DNA of 64,000 nt from Amoebidium appalachense (Eukaryota; Protista; Ichthyosporea), in the NCBI GenBank assembly GCA_963693365.1, contig CAVNZM010000016.1, forward strand, positions 3,747,957-3,811,956. Reading direction: 5' to 3'. Made by a program: the position numbers and the translations under genes. Of the stretch, positions 1 through 25,863 are shown piece after piece. How positions within the stretch are numbered: position 1 is the first letter of the stretch; every line of letters begins with the position of its first letter. The notes under the pieces are model-generated. The model saw nothing but the letters and a program-made list of their open reading frames with translations, was not told the DNA's origin and searched no databases.

Positions 1-156
1 CCCCCTTCCCACTTCCCCCCTCTCCCCTTCCCATGCATACTTCCTTGTGTGCGCTGTGCAGATATTGTGATGTAAAATCCGTTGTGCATGTGCACCCGGT
101 ACCCTGTATCGATTCACTACCTCTATCCCCCCCCCCCCCCCCCCCCCCCCCCCCCG

Positions 157-249
<93 letters not shown>

Positions 250-525
250 CCACACACACACACAGGCAGACACACACACCTTCCCCCCCCCCCTCCCCCC
301 CTCCCTTTTACCCCTCTCCCGCCTCCCGGCTGGATCGTGTGGTTATCCACCAAGGAGCCTGTCCGTTGACAAACCTCTTCACTGCACTGTTTAACTCACC
401 TTTGTTTTATCGTCCTTTGCAGTGCGCATGTGTTTCAATATATATAATGTACTTTCTTGTGTGTTGTATCTAACATCTATTTTCCACCATCCCCGGCCCA
501 TCCTCGGACCTGCATGCGCGCGTAT

Positions 526-609
<84 letters not shown>

Positions 610-615
610 CTGCAG

Positions 616-4004
<3,389 letters not shown>

Positions 4005-4048
4005 ATCAGTGCGTAGTTGAACAGTATTGATGCGAGCGAAAACTTTGG

Positions 4049-4154
<106 letters not shown>

Positions 4155-4188
4155 GCACGTGCACGCGCGCGCACACACACACACGCAC

Positions 4189-4226
<38 letters not shown>

Positions 4227-4542
4227 ACACACACCATCACTGGTCCATCAGGCCCAAGCTGCCACTAATGCCACTAAAGAAATCATTAAAAAAAGAAATA
4301 TGTTGCAAGTTGTAGAGCGCGTGTGCGTCGTAGCTTGAGGAACGCCGTTATAGTGTCACACAGTAGCAACTAGCATAACGGCCCCAAATTCAAGACCTAA
4401 AAATTTCAATAAGTACCGCTAAGCACTAGAATACCAATTGTGTATGGTTTATTGTACATGTGTGGGCGCTGAATTGTGGAATAAATATGAAAGGTACGAA
4501 AGGGCACTGGATGCCCACACGACGTGTTGGTTGCACAGATTG

Positions 4543-4748
4543 AAACAAAACAAAACAAAACAAAACAAAACAAAACAAAACAAAACAAAACAAAACAAAA
4601 CAAAACAAAACAAAACAAAACAACAAAACAAAACAAAACAAAACAAAACAAAACAAAACAAAACAAAACAAAACAAAACAAAACAAAACAAAACAAAACA
4701 AAACAAAACAAAACAAAACAAAACAAAACAAAACAAAACAAAACAAAA

Positions 4749-4781
<33 letters not shown>
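4543..4781. repeat. (CAAAA)n pentanucleotide microsatellite (about 40 units) ending in poly-A
   Basis: Read directly; one interruption near 4621. Confidence 0.95.
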
Positions 4782-4788
<7 letters not shown>

Positions 4789-5731
4789 AGCTAGTACACA
4801 CGCGCGCGCGCCGCGCCCACACACAATACACACACAAAAACACACACAAGTACAAAAACCGTGACACAAAAGGTAGCCTACAATCATACACGTTCACAGG
4901 TAATGCTTTTGCCAGATTACAAATTGAACAAAATTTACACACACATCGATTTTCGTAGGGTGTCCTTGTACAATTTAAGGCAAAATTGTTACATACCTGC
5001 ATTATAATGACGTTTTTGCAACAAAATGTATGAAACTGCTGTTACGGTAATCATGTACGTACTTTCTTCTGCCGATGTACGCACTCTCTTCTGCAGATAT
5101 ACATGTACGTACTCTCTACTGGAAGTATAGATTTATCAGTCCAAGTTCTGCGCAGCTGCAAATATACAAGTTACAGATCCCGCATTATTCACGTAGGGGA
5201 TCCCTAATACAGCCCCCGTCCCCAGTGCCCACACCCCTCCTACGTGCACGTGAGTGCCCTTCTGTGACACTTGATCAAATATATTTTCGTGATAGAATGG
5301 CACTTTTTTACCCAATCAACCTACACAATTCCGCATGTTCATTTACTTCCATGGTGTCCATGCTCGATCACCCCCGTGGATCAAGCGCTTGAAATCCGCA
5401 CGTTCACTGTACAGGCATCGTGTGTGATACACTTGTGTACCCGCTACGAGAAAAGTCTTTGTCCGTGACGTGCACCATATAGGTGGTCCATCTCTGATGC
5501 CCTAGTGGTCCCAGTGGTGTATTTTTTTGTTGGGGGGGGGGGTGAAGGAGGGAGAGGGAGGGGCACGGTAAATGGAAATACTGCATAGGGAGGCACGATA
5601 GCTTTAAAATTTTTATTATTCTATACGAAAAAGCAGTGCCAACTCAGTTGGCCATGCTGCTCTTGAAAAAATTGTGGTAAACTACATACCATACTATTGT
5701 ATGGTGCATCATTCATTCATAACTATATTAA

Positions 5732-7012
5732 TTACACCGTCAGAGCAACATCCCCCTCCACACCCACGCTGCCATTATAAACCCCTTTAGCGCCCGTGAG
5801 CGGCAACGCCACTGTGTGCAGGAGCGCGTCGGAATATTCCAGAACCTCCTCGACTGTATCCGCCGTCAGCCGTACAACCGCAAGAACTTGGCTCACCTTG
5901 ACGCTCGAACCCGCACTGGCCAAACCATGAGTTTCGACGACAGCGGGATGGCGCTTGAGGTGATCCAGGAAACGAACGTGCACGAGCGTGCCGCTTGACT
6001 TTGCAACAACGGCAAACCAAACGAAGGAGTCCTTTAGCGAGTCGCTCTGGCGCAGACCCGTCGACACCTTCTCTCCTGCGAAAAACTTGGACACACAATC
6101 TTCGGGTGCTGCCGACGCTGCAAACGGGCCCACGCACACATCCGAAACATGGGTGGCAACGACTTCTGGCTCGTCTGCGGGCTTGACAACAGCATGGACG
6201 TATGCGCGGTGCTCGCTGCAGGCTGGAACGCCAGCCTCCACGGGGCACTCTTCCGTGTATGTTTCCCGGAGAACGTAGGGAACATCGCGGTGTTCATTGC
6301 AGAGTGACACAGACACGGGAGCACTGGTGTTCGTCTCGTAGACATGGATGTTCTCGGAGGAAAAGGCAGTGCTGAAAGCGCGGTGCTCGTTGCAGAAGGA
6401 AGAGGGGAAAGACTGGGGTACGGACGCGGGAGCAGAAAGCTCGAACGAGTGGAACGAACGGTGCGCTCCACACACACTGACGGGCGTCACCGGTTCAAAC
6501 ACCTCAGACGCCAGGGAAACGGAGACCTCTTCGGAAATACGGCTGAAGGCACGACCCTCGTTGCATGTTGAAACAACAGCGGATGACTCGAAAATGCGTT
6601 GGGAGAACGCGACCTCTTCGGCGATCCGGCTGTATGCGCGCTGCTCATTGCAGATCTCAACTGGGGAAGAAGCAATGTTGTGGTTGACAACAGCAACCTC
6701 CTCCGCAAAACGGCTGAAGGAGCGGTGCTCGTTGCAAAAGGCGGCAAGGGCGGGAACAATCTCACCATAAACAGGATGCTCCTGAATGCTCTCCCACTCG
6801 GCAACGAAAACGCGTTGCTCGTTGCACATGGAAATGGTAGTGGTGGGGGGAGACACCTTTTCCACCTTCACAACCTCTTCCTGCTCGGCAAAACGAGAGT
6901 ATGCGCGCTGCTCGTTGCAGTAGGCTATGGTGTATGTGGGCTGGGGGACATGGAAATCCTTCTCCTCTGCCATGCGGCTGTAAAAGCGGTGCTCGTTGCA
7001 ATAGAACGCCAT
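5732..7012 (-). CDS. Intronless 426-aa protein with ten C-N-E-(H/Q)-R repeats and a C-terminal alpha/beta domain; function unknown
   Basis: Long high-complexity ORF with an AAAAAAA-ATG start context. The motif CNE[HQG]R/CGAHR/CSEHR recurs about every 29 aa with synonymous divergence between units. TATA-like CTATAAG lies about 90 nt upstream. Confidence 0.85.
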   Translation of the reverse strand: MAFYCNEHRFYSRMAEEKDFHVPQPTYTIAYCNEQRAYSRFAEQEEVVKVEKVSPPTTTISMCNEQRVFVAEWESIQEHPVYGEIVPALAAFCNEHRSFSRFAEEVAVVNHNIASSPVEICNEQRAYSRIAEEVAFSQRIFESSAVVSTCNEGRAFSRISEEVSVSLASEVFEPVTPVSVCGAHRSFHSFELSAPASVPQSFPSSFCNEHRAFSTAFSSENIHVYETNTSAPVSVSLCNEHRDVPYVLRETYTEECPVEAGVPACSEHRAYVHAVVKPADEPEVVATHVSDVCVGPFAASAAPEDCVSKFFAGEKVSTGLRQSDSLKDSFVWFAVVAKSSGTLVHVRFLDHLKRHPAVVETHGLASAGSSVKVSQVLAVVRLTADTVEEVLEYSDALLHTVALPLTGAKGVYNGSVGVEGDVALTV

Positions 7013-8074
7013 TTTTTTCTGAAGTTTTTGAACAGTGATAGACCAGAAGTGAACTCTGGCGATGCGAAACTGAGGTGGCGGGGAATGAGTGGTAGGGCTT
7101 ATAGAGAGAGCAAACGAAACCAGATCTCCCTTGACTCAACGGAAAGATATGGAATTGCAGGAATGCGCCGGCAATGGGAACATTTCTGGCTTATATAAAA
7201 ATTCAAGCCTCAACCAGGTTCTGTATTCAGTCTGGTTAATATCATAATTTAAGCTACTTGTATAATATTTTAGCTTTTTCTGCTTTAAAAAAATATATTA
7301 TAGCTAGCTACCTGAGCACCAGAATATTTCAATCCTCAAAAAAATGCACCCTAAACTATCGCTTCCCGGCCCCTATGCTGACCTACAAAAATGTGGCGCT
7401 TAGCAAGCATGGTCGGTAGCGAATACGTGTGCAGAGATACTTAGCCACGGCTATTTTTGGGCGAGTTGTGATAAATTAAATCTTGATTACCAATCAGATT
7501 CTTGCTTGTGAAAGCGTCCCACAAGAAGGTGGCTCTTGAGAGGGGTGCAGCACGTGGACCTTCTGGATGTGGTGCTAGTGGGAACAGAGCTACCTAGCTG
7601 ATAATATTTGCTATAAGCACTATTCGTTAACTTCTATATAACATTTATTCATCCTTCTTATAATTATCGTTTGAAATGTATGAACATTATAGATAAAATA
7701 CGGTTCACAGCCTCTACGCTATGAAGACCTTTCGACTGTTTGCTGAACCGAAATCTCGCTCTTTGCCCCTCTCCCACGTGGCGTGTCATAACCAAACGCC
7801 GAAAGCAACGCCGTGATTTCTGAAGTCCTTTGAATATGATGGCAACTGACAACTGTGACGCACGTGTCAGTGTCTTTGTAATCTCCGATTACACAACTCA
7901 ATGTCCGATTACACAACTCAATTCTCTGTGATAGATGTGCTAAGTAATTATTATATATTAATAAAAAAGTATGTATTTTTATCGATTTTATTATCATAGA
8001 TACTCGATGTGCTTATTCGGAATCTAATGCCGTTTCTTCCGGAGAGGGGATTCACCCACAGCCAATCACAAACT

Positions 8075-8145
8075 GCGTGGAATTGGCGAGCTCGAGAGCC
8101 TTTTCCACACAGCCTTCAACTCGAATGCACTGGTACGGATTTTTC
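8075..8145. repeat. Dispersed repeat fragment, second copy at about 26325-26390
   Basis: Both sites share TTGGCGAG...CTTTTCCAC...ACTCGAATGCACTGGTACGGATTT. Confidence 0.65.
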
Positions 8146-8403
8146 CCAACCGAATGGAAAGATGTAGAAAAATATGGAAAGACAAAAAAACAAGAACGAT
8201 ATTATATAATATTGTGATTATGTAGTTGTATACGTACTGAATCTTCCTCAACAGGCTGTGAGCCGCGTCCCGGCTTGCATGGCGACGGGCTGACGGGGGG
8301 TCCAAGCGCAACACAGAAATTCTAAAAACTAGGACCCCGTCCGGAGGCGGGGCCCCGGATGCCCGGTGCCCGGGGTGGGAGCTCGACTCACGGGGGCAAG
8401 GCC

Positions 8404-8432
8404 CAAGGCCTCCTAAAGGATAGGAGGCCTTG
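8404..8432. mobile_element. P-element-type excision footprint (or minimal element): fused TIR ends flanked by a perfect 8-bp TSD
   Basis: GCAAGGCC-[CAAGGCCTCCTAAA GGA TAGGAGGCCTTG]-GCAAGGCC. The inner ends equal the first 14 and last 12 nt of the element at 10886-14083. Confidence 0.8.
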
Positions 8433-8461
8433 GCAAGGCCTCCTTATCTTGGGCGGGCGGG

Positions 8462-8522
<61 letters not shown>

Positions 8523-9139
8523 CGGGGGAGGAAGCCTTAATTGCTTGAGCCGGGGGGAGAGAGCGAGTGGGAGTAGAGGTCCTGCTAGGAGTTAGGAAGG
8601 TTGGGGAGGGAGGCGGATCCAAGTCCAACGCGGGCACACTCTCACCGTGCTGGCGTGACGCACCCACACAAACACACACCCACACACACACTCACACATA
8701 CACACACACACACACACAAGCACAAGCACACACACACACACAAGCACACACATACATGCACACACACAAGCACACACACACAAACACGGACACACACACA
8801 CACACCACACAGACACACACACACACACACACGGCAACCCCCCCCCCCCAGCTACTTCCCTCCCCCCCGCTCTGGAACGAAAGCCCCTACCCCAATTCTC
8901 TCTGGTTTGCCTTTCCCTCTTACCTACCCCTTCCTGCTCAGGCTCCAAGGTATTCTAGTTCAAAAGCTTCCTTGACATAGGAGGCCTACATTAGGGTTCC
9001 GCTCAAACACCTAGCCGCTTTTATATCATAAACGAATCTTTAATAAAAAAGAACCACCGGGTACGCATATATCTCCCCCCCCCCCCCTCCCCCCCCCCCC
9101 CCCCCCCCCCCCCGTTTGCTACCTTTTCTCTACGAGGCC

Positions 9140-9930
<791 letters not shown>

Positions 9931-11117
9931 CACACAGCTGTTTGCTCTTCGGCTGACTTTCCCGAAATCAGATTGCTAGATGGGCGTAGCGCTTGTGTAA
10001 AAAAATACACAAACAGGCGTCTTGCGTTCATCGCATGGTGTGTGTAAGCGTTTACATTTCTCTTCCAGGCTGCTTAGTAGAAAGCTGAAACTAGAAAATC
10101 ATAGTTACACGATGCTCTTTGAACGATATGATGTGAGCGTGGAAAAGGGAATCGTGGCAAATGTAGGAGAGCAGTGACTTGATGAACACGGACTTCGAAG
10201 AAAATGTACAAGTATAAAGATAGAATAGAGTACTTGCTTGCTCTTGTTTAACGGATGTTTCATTTTTGCTTGCATGTAAATATATTTCGGCTCGAGCCGT
10301 CTCTAGGATTTTACGGTAGGCAACTTCATGATCATCAGCTACTTTTTTGATTGTTTTATCATGTACAATTTTTGGGCCAGAGATCTCCTGGGTTATAGGT
10401 GGATGGCGAGCATGATTGTGCACCAATAGACATATCATCATTTAGTCTCAACGATACAAAAGATCTAGTCGTTATCACCATCGACTTTTAGCGAATTACA
10501 TCTTGAGAGGTTCAGCAGAAGTTATGCCGCGTGGCACTACGCCAGCCGGCCTCAGTCTGTAAGTTACGTCAGGGGTTGAATTACGACTCAAAATCGTCAT
10601 ATTGTTATGTTATATGGGTGTATGTGGTCCTCGGTGGGTTCTCTGTGGTGGTCTGTGTGCTATGTGCTCTTAATAGAGTCTCGGGTTATGTCTCAACCTG
10701 TGACCCATCTTTAATGCAAGACCCCATGTGTGCCTGTGTCCAACTGGCCCTCAACTGACAACTGAGACCCGCTCAGGAGTGACGGTTATATAAACCTACA
10801 TGTACTCTGTAACCTATCAGGTTGAAGTATTGGGTTTCCTAGTACGGCATTCTGATTGGCTGCAGGAGAACAGATAGACCTGCACCAAGGCCTCCTAAAT
10901 AGCACACCGGGCCGAGGCACGCAATAGACTAATACTCCAGATTACGTGTAAAGAGTAGGGTGATCGAAAACTGAAATCTTACGTGCCCCTCCGAGGTCTT
11001 CTACATCAGACTAATTTTAGTGCAAAACTTGTGCAAACATTACGCTAAACTACCAGACGCAATCATCACTGCCTATAACTGCCTAAGTCTCACACAACGC
11101 ACCCAGGGCGTCGTCGT

Positions 11118-13462
11118 TCAAAAACGAGAAAACGTCGAAGTCCTCCTCCTCGAGCACAGCCTCCACGTCGTCGCTGGCGCTGGGGCCGTGTGGTCCGCGG
11201 CGTGCGCCGCCAATAAACCGGTTGATGCACCCTCGTATTTCTTGGTTTGCCGGTTTGGCTTGTTGGTTGGTGTTTTCTTTTTCGCGTTGCGTTCCTTGGT
11301 GTAGTTGTTGAGCAAAATGTTGGTCATTCTCATGGCGATGCCGTCGAGGTACTGCGCCGTGTCCTCCCCGCACTCCTCACAAGTAATGCCTCGAATTGTC
11401 TCTGTCTCCGGCCGGCTCTTGGCGTGCTGAACCGCGAGCGTGCGAACCAGCAGGCGGTGGGAGCCGGCGTGCAGAAACTTGCCCTCCAGCTCCTTGCTGG
11501 TGAGGCACTCCATCACGCGCACAGTGGTCTCCGCGACCACATAGGCCGCGTAGGAGGGAGTAGAAAGCCCCTCACGGTCGATGGCCTCCAGGTATGACGT
11601 GTCGATGACGTCCGGCCCAAGCTGGGCTCTGACGCTGGCTGGGATCTCCACCACCAGGCGGCGGCTGCTGAACAAGCGCCCACGGCACTGCTTGCAGCTG
11701 CAGCCCCGCCCCGTCTTGAAGCAGGCGTAGCCGGCGAGAAAGACGACCACGCTCTTGTTGGGGACGGTGATGGCAGCCAACAGAGCGCCAATGCTGGAGA
11801 AGGGCTGCAGCAGAACGTCCAGTTCCACGGCAGGCTTGGCCAGCAGGGCAGTCTCGTTGAACTTGACGGCCTGCTTGAGAGTGCTGATGCCCACGGCCTT
11901 GCCCGTGCCCCGGCGGAACGTGAAGAGGTTGATGAGCCGGATGCGCCGCTCAGACTCAAGCACCTGTTCAATATTACACCTTCCGTTAGCTTGGCATTAT
12001 CCTGATTTACAACTGTGCAGATGAAGAGCACCGCACAGACCATAAATAGTTGCCAGCTGCAGCCGGCTGATTTGGGTGTTTGCAAGTTAATGCAATGCTT
12101 GTGTCGGTAAGGAGGGGATCTGGGGAAATGGAGGTGGAAAAGGGAGGGGGGTGAAGGGGGGGGGGGGGGGGGGATTACTTCTTTTGGCAATTGGTGTTTA
12201 AAGAAGGAAGGTGGGGGTAAGCCTTCTAGGATCCAAAAAAAAAAGAAGGGGGGGGGGGGGGGGGGGGGGGGAGTAGGGGGAAAAGGGAGGGGGTGGGGGG
12301 GTGGATGGTGGTGGTGTTGGTGGTGTTGGTTGGGAACGAGGGGGAGGGGGGAGGGGGAGGGACTCTGAAAAATTGTCTCAGAAAAAAAGGAGTGGGGGGA
12401 GGAGGAGGGGGGGAGGGGGGGGGGGGGGGGGTGGAGGGAAGAGGCTACCTGGCGGTGGAAATGTGGTAATTGCCTCCGTTCATTTCCCTGTAGTGTCCAA
12501 ACCGACCCTCCAACTGGTCGGTCATAATCTTGCCCAGAAGAACGTAGACCCAGTTGAGGTCGTCCTTTAGATACTCCACAAGGGCTATCTGCAAACATTT
12601 AAAACCCGAGTGTTAAGGATAGTTTCCCAAAAAAAAAGGTGGCCCAGAGTGCATAACCAACGTGCTTATCGAAGCACAAAGGTTGAGTGCACGGGCTTGG
12701 CTTTGCTGAGTTGGCCTTCTCCTTGCACGAATGAAGTAACTGGTACAACTTGGACCACCGAGATATAGAATGTGACGTGTGCGAGTCAACCGAAACCGAA
12801 TAAGATGTAGCCCCAAACACAGACGGTGTGTGCACAACAGGCACTGCAGAAAGGTTATGATCAACAGTTACCACTGCCCCCACAAAGGGAAAGGGCACCC
12901 CGCCGGGGAAATGACGGGGTAACTGTTGTCAGCAGTACCGCTTGTATGCTTTCACTGCTCGTTTGTGTGACTTGCCAGAGCCCCAGCGTGCCTACGCTAT
13001 TTAGACGGTCTAAGAAGTTGTCGCACAACTCGCTGAACGAGTGTATGGTGTCAAGTTGTTCTAGCCGGGCCTTCTCAGCCTGGAGCTTTGCTCGTTTGTT
13101 TTGCTCTTCTCGTCTATCCTCTGGGTTTCTCCTGGGTGTCTTTTCCTCTATGACTATATTCAGTTCTGTGTTGAATATGCAAGGAATCTGATTCTCTTTG
13201 CACCTCGGGTGGGAATGTTTAATACTGTTTTAGGATCTTTGTAGTCAAAATCTAGGTCAAGTTGTTCGGGCCTAAAATGTTTGATACAAATACCTATACA
13301 GCTTGTGTTACTATTTACCGTTAAGTCTTGGCGTTTGCAGAAACTGACCCACTTGTGAAAACGCTCGGGCTCTTTAGTTTTGTTAGGAAAAGCAAAACAA
13401 GATGCACTCTCGTGCCCTTTGTAATTAGTTGTGCAGCCGTAGACAGCACAAGATCTTGGCAT
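11118..13462 (-). pseudogene. Frameshifted, internally deleted P-type transposase
   Basis: ATG at 13462 gives MPRSCAVYGC...FAFP...RFHKW...ICIKHF (THAP C2CH); the IPCIF box (AVPTIF equivalent) is in another frame. Exon 12588-12449 reads YVLLGKIMTDQLEGRFGHYREMNGGNYHIS (P/THAP9 motif with catalytic Glu). It splices, out of phase by one base, to VLESERRIRL... (11963-11118), which carries CxCxxC and CxxC. The central DD and GTP-binding region is missing. Confidence 0.88.
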
Positions 13463-13504
13463 CTGCGTAGCGGCTGGGCGTGGCCAAAGTGGCACTGCCC
13501 AGCC

Positions 13505-14030
13505 TTTTTTATATATAATGCAGGAGCACTTCACGTAAAGTGGTGGCAAAGAAATAGTTCCTTTTCCACGTGTAGCAGCAACACAAGCTGCCGGCACACA
13601 GCCCCCTAGATCACAACGAGAGATCGATGGGGATTGATGAAGTAATTGTACTTACGTCAACTTAAAGTCTTAGCCCCTTAACATAACTCCCTAAAATTAT
13701 ACTTTAAACGCCAAAAAAACGGCATAAACCATTTAAATGTTAAATACATGAGCGCTTTGACGTATTGTTTATTTCATAAAGCTATTAAAACAGACTATAT
13801 ACTAATATTGTTGGTTTTGCCTTATCCTTAATGTTGGTACCCCACAATTTCCCGAGTATACAAAGAACACCAAAAGCCCGCCATTTGCTGTATTGTCCAA
13901 TCACTAAATGGCAGTCAAAAATCTTCTATCCAATCGAAATCGCCTTTACTGGGTTTCGCGCGTTCCTCAGTTGGCCAATCATTTCGCTGGATTCGGCTGG
14001 AAGCTAACCCTACTCTTGATGACGTCACTT
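13505..14030 (-). promoter_or_regulatory. Candidate promoter of the transposase: TATA about 45 nt upstream of the ATG, several CCAAT boxes and a TGACGTCA palindrome
   Basis: TATATATAAAAA on the - strand at about 13505-13517; CCAAT at about 13897, 13930 and 13975; GATGACGTCAC at about 14018. Confidence 0.4.
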
Positions 14031-14842
14031 CTCATATGTGACGACCTCGTGCCTCGGCCCGGTGTGCTATTTAGGAGGCCTTGACCTGCAGATGTCTGAG
14101 GGGTGCATTGGTCATCCAGAGCGGAATATTAGAATATGAAGCCCTGTTTTGCCTGTCGGGGCGTAAAATTGCTAACAGAGTGTAAAATTATAAGAAATTG
14201 TTCATTAAAGTCGGGTAATGTATGGGGTCTATACGAGCTTGCCAATGAGGTGAACCCGCAATTTCGATTTTAAATTCCGATAATACGATTTCGTTTTGGG
14301 TAATACGGGTAGCGCAGCCAAACTCGCTCAACCCCTGTTTTACGTTCAAGTTGGAGTCGTTCCAAGTTCTTGAAAACATGAGAATTCCGTTGACGTTTGA
14401 TTGTTATGTAGTTAATACTAATTTTTGTGTGCCTGCTAGCCTACCGTAGCTAAATTCCTCAACACTACTTAAGTTCCATACGCAAAGCGTTCATCCCTCG
14501 TCCTGCCCCGTCCCTCGATCATTCCTCGTCCCATCCCATCCTTCGTCCTACCCAGGTTGTCCTACCCAGGTTTCCATGATTGTCAAGGATTGTTGCAAGT
14601 ACTGAAGAGCTCAAGATTAGTATACAGGAAAATACGCTGCCAAAATGGCATACGCCTACAACAACACAGCTTCAGCGGGCATATATCGTGCACAAGACAC
14701 CGGGACCACAACACAGTTTCAACAAGGTGCCCATCGCCCCTCCCCCCCTCCCCCCGCCTCTCCCCCTCCTCCCCCCCCTCCATTCCCCGCTCCTGCCCAT
14801 ACACACACACACACGCCGCACGAACACACACCCACGCACGAA

Positions 14843-14920
<78 letters not shown>

Positions 14921-15322
14921 ACGCACACTCTCACGCACTCACGCACACACGCCCACACGCACACACACATCCACACAGAACTGGTTACCCCAACGGTGCA
15001 TGGTGCCGCGATGAAGCCGCAGTGCATCTGAAAGAAATCGCGCACATGCACACACTGGATCCACAACTACGAGCAGATGTCTTTTGCATTTTGCAATTTG
15101 GAATCCATATTTTTGCATGCATTCCGTGCATTCCACTACCCGCTTCACCTCATCCCTTTCTCTCCCTTTCTACACCCCAAGGAAAGACTCCCAAGCGTGT
15201 GGGCACCCTGTGAGAAGTGGATGTGTGGGCATACTTGCGCAGGCACAAACACACACGGACACACTCCAATGGGGTATAGGCGCACGTGTTGGTGTTGGTG
15301 CTGCACATGCACATACACACAA

Positions 15323-15362
<40 letters not shown>

Positions 15363-15763
15363 ACACACAGACACACACACACACTCACACACACAGACAG
15401 ACACACACAAACTTGCACTTGCACACAACTGCACACTCCCCCCCCCCCCCCCCCCCCCCCCGCACCCGCCTCCCATCCTCTCCCTCATCAAAAGACCTAA
15501 ATAGTGTGCCATTTTCATAGTCGGGTGGGCCACACCCGTGAATTGACATCTTATTGGGATTCGTACATAGAAAACAGAACTGTGGAACATGTACATCGCA
15601 ACTATTAGGAACTCCAAAGCTTGGGTCTGTTCTTTTTTCTTTTTTTTTTTTTTTTTTTTTTTCCATACTATCACTAAACCCGTCTGATGTATGTTCTTGC
15701 TGCCTGAACTGTGTTCTCGGCTCAGTTTGTAATTGCACACCATTCGAATGCTGCACCCCCCCC

Positions 15764-15804
<41 letters not shown>

Positions 15805-16311
15805 ACGCACACACACACAAACCCACATTGTACGCTCCCGCTCACCCATATCCCAAGGCACACATACCACTCTTGACACAGGCACACACTAAGGCACACA
15901 CACACACACACAACGCGTGACACACACACACACACACACGCACACGCACACACGCACGTACACACACACACACACACTCCACGCACAGCCACACACACAC
16001 AGGCGCAGGCACACACAACACACAAGTAAAAGAAACAAGCATCTATACATACACACGCAACGGCCCAAGCACAAAGGCATGTGCGCACATGCACACGCAG
16101 GCACACACGCAGGCATACACAACATACACCGTACTTACACACTGCCCATGCACGTTCATTGCACACGCACGCATGCGCGCGGCGTGCACACACACAAACA
16201 CACACGCACACACGCACACACACACACGCACACACACACACACACACGCACGCACGCACGCACACACACACACACACGCACACACACGCACACACACGTA
16301 CGGACGTACAG

Positions 16312-25863
<9,552 letters not shown>

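Larger units (their letters stand above)
10886..14083 (-). mobile_element. P-element superfamily (THAP/THAP9-like) DNA transposon, internally deleted and non-autonomous, 3198 bp
   Basis: Perfect 36-bp TIRs CAAGGCCTCCTAAATAGCACACCGGGCCGAGGCACG at 10886-10921 and 14048-14083. Flanks ACCTGCAC / ACCTGCAG form an 8-bp TSD with one mismatch. THAP-domain transposase remnants lie inside. Confidence 0.95.

Noticed and set aside
4543-4781. (CAAAA)n as a telomeric or coding repeat
   Set aside because: Internal position, not a G-rich telomere unit, and it grades into poly-A. An ordinary microsatellite.
10091-10441. 116-aa complex-sequence ORF on the - strand
   Set aside because: No recognisable motif, splice context or partner exons. 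It could be a relic but cannot be supported.
10750-10860. In-frame TGA codons as selenocysteine or a variant genetic code
   Set aside because: TGA is the apparent true stop of the PRMT7-like, lectin and F-box genes, no SECIS is evident, and frameshifts accompany the stops. Decay is the simpler explanation.
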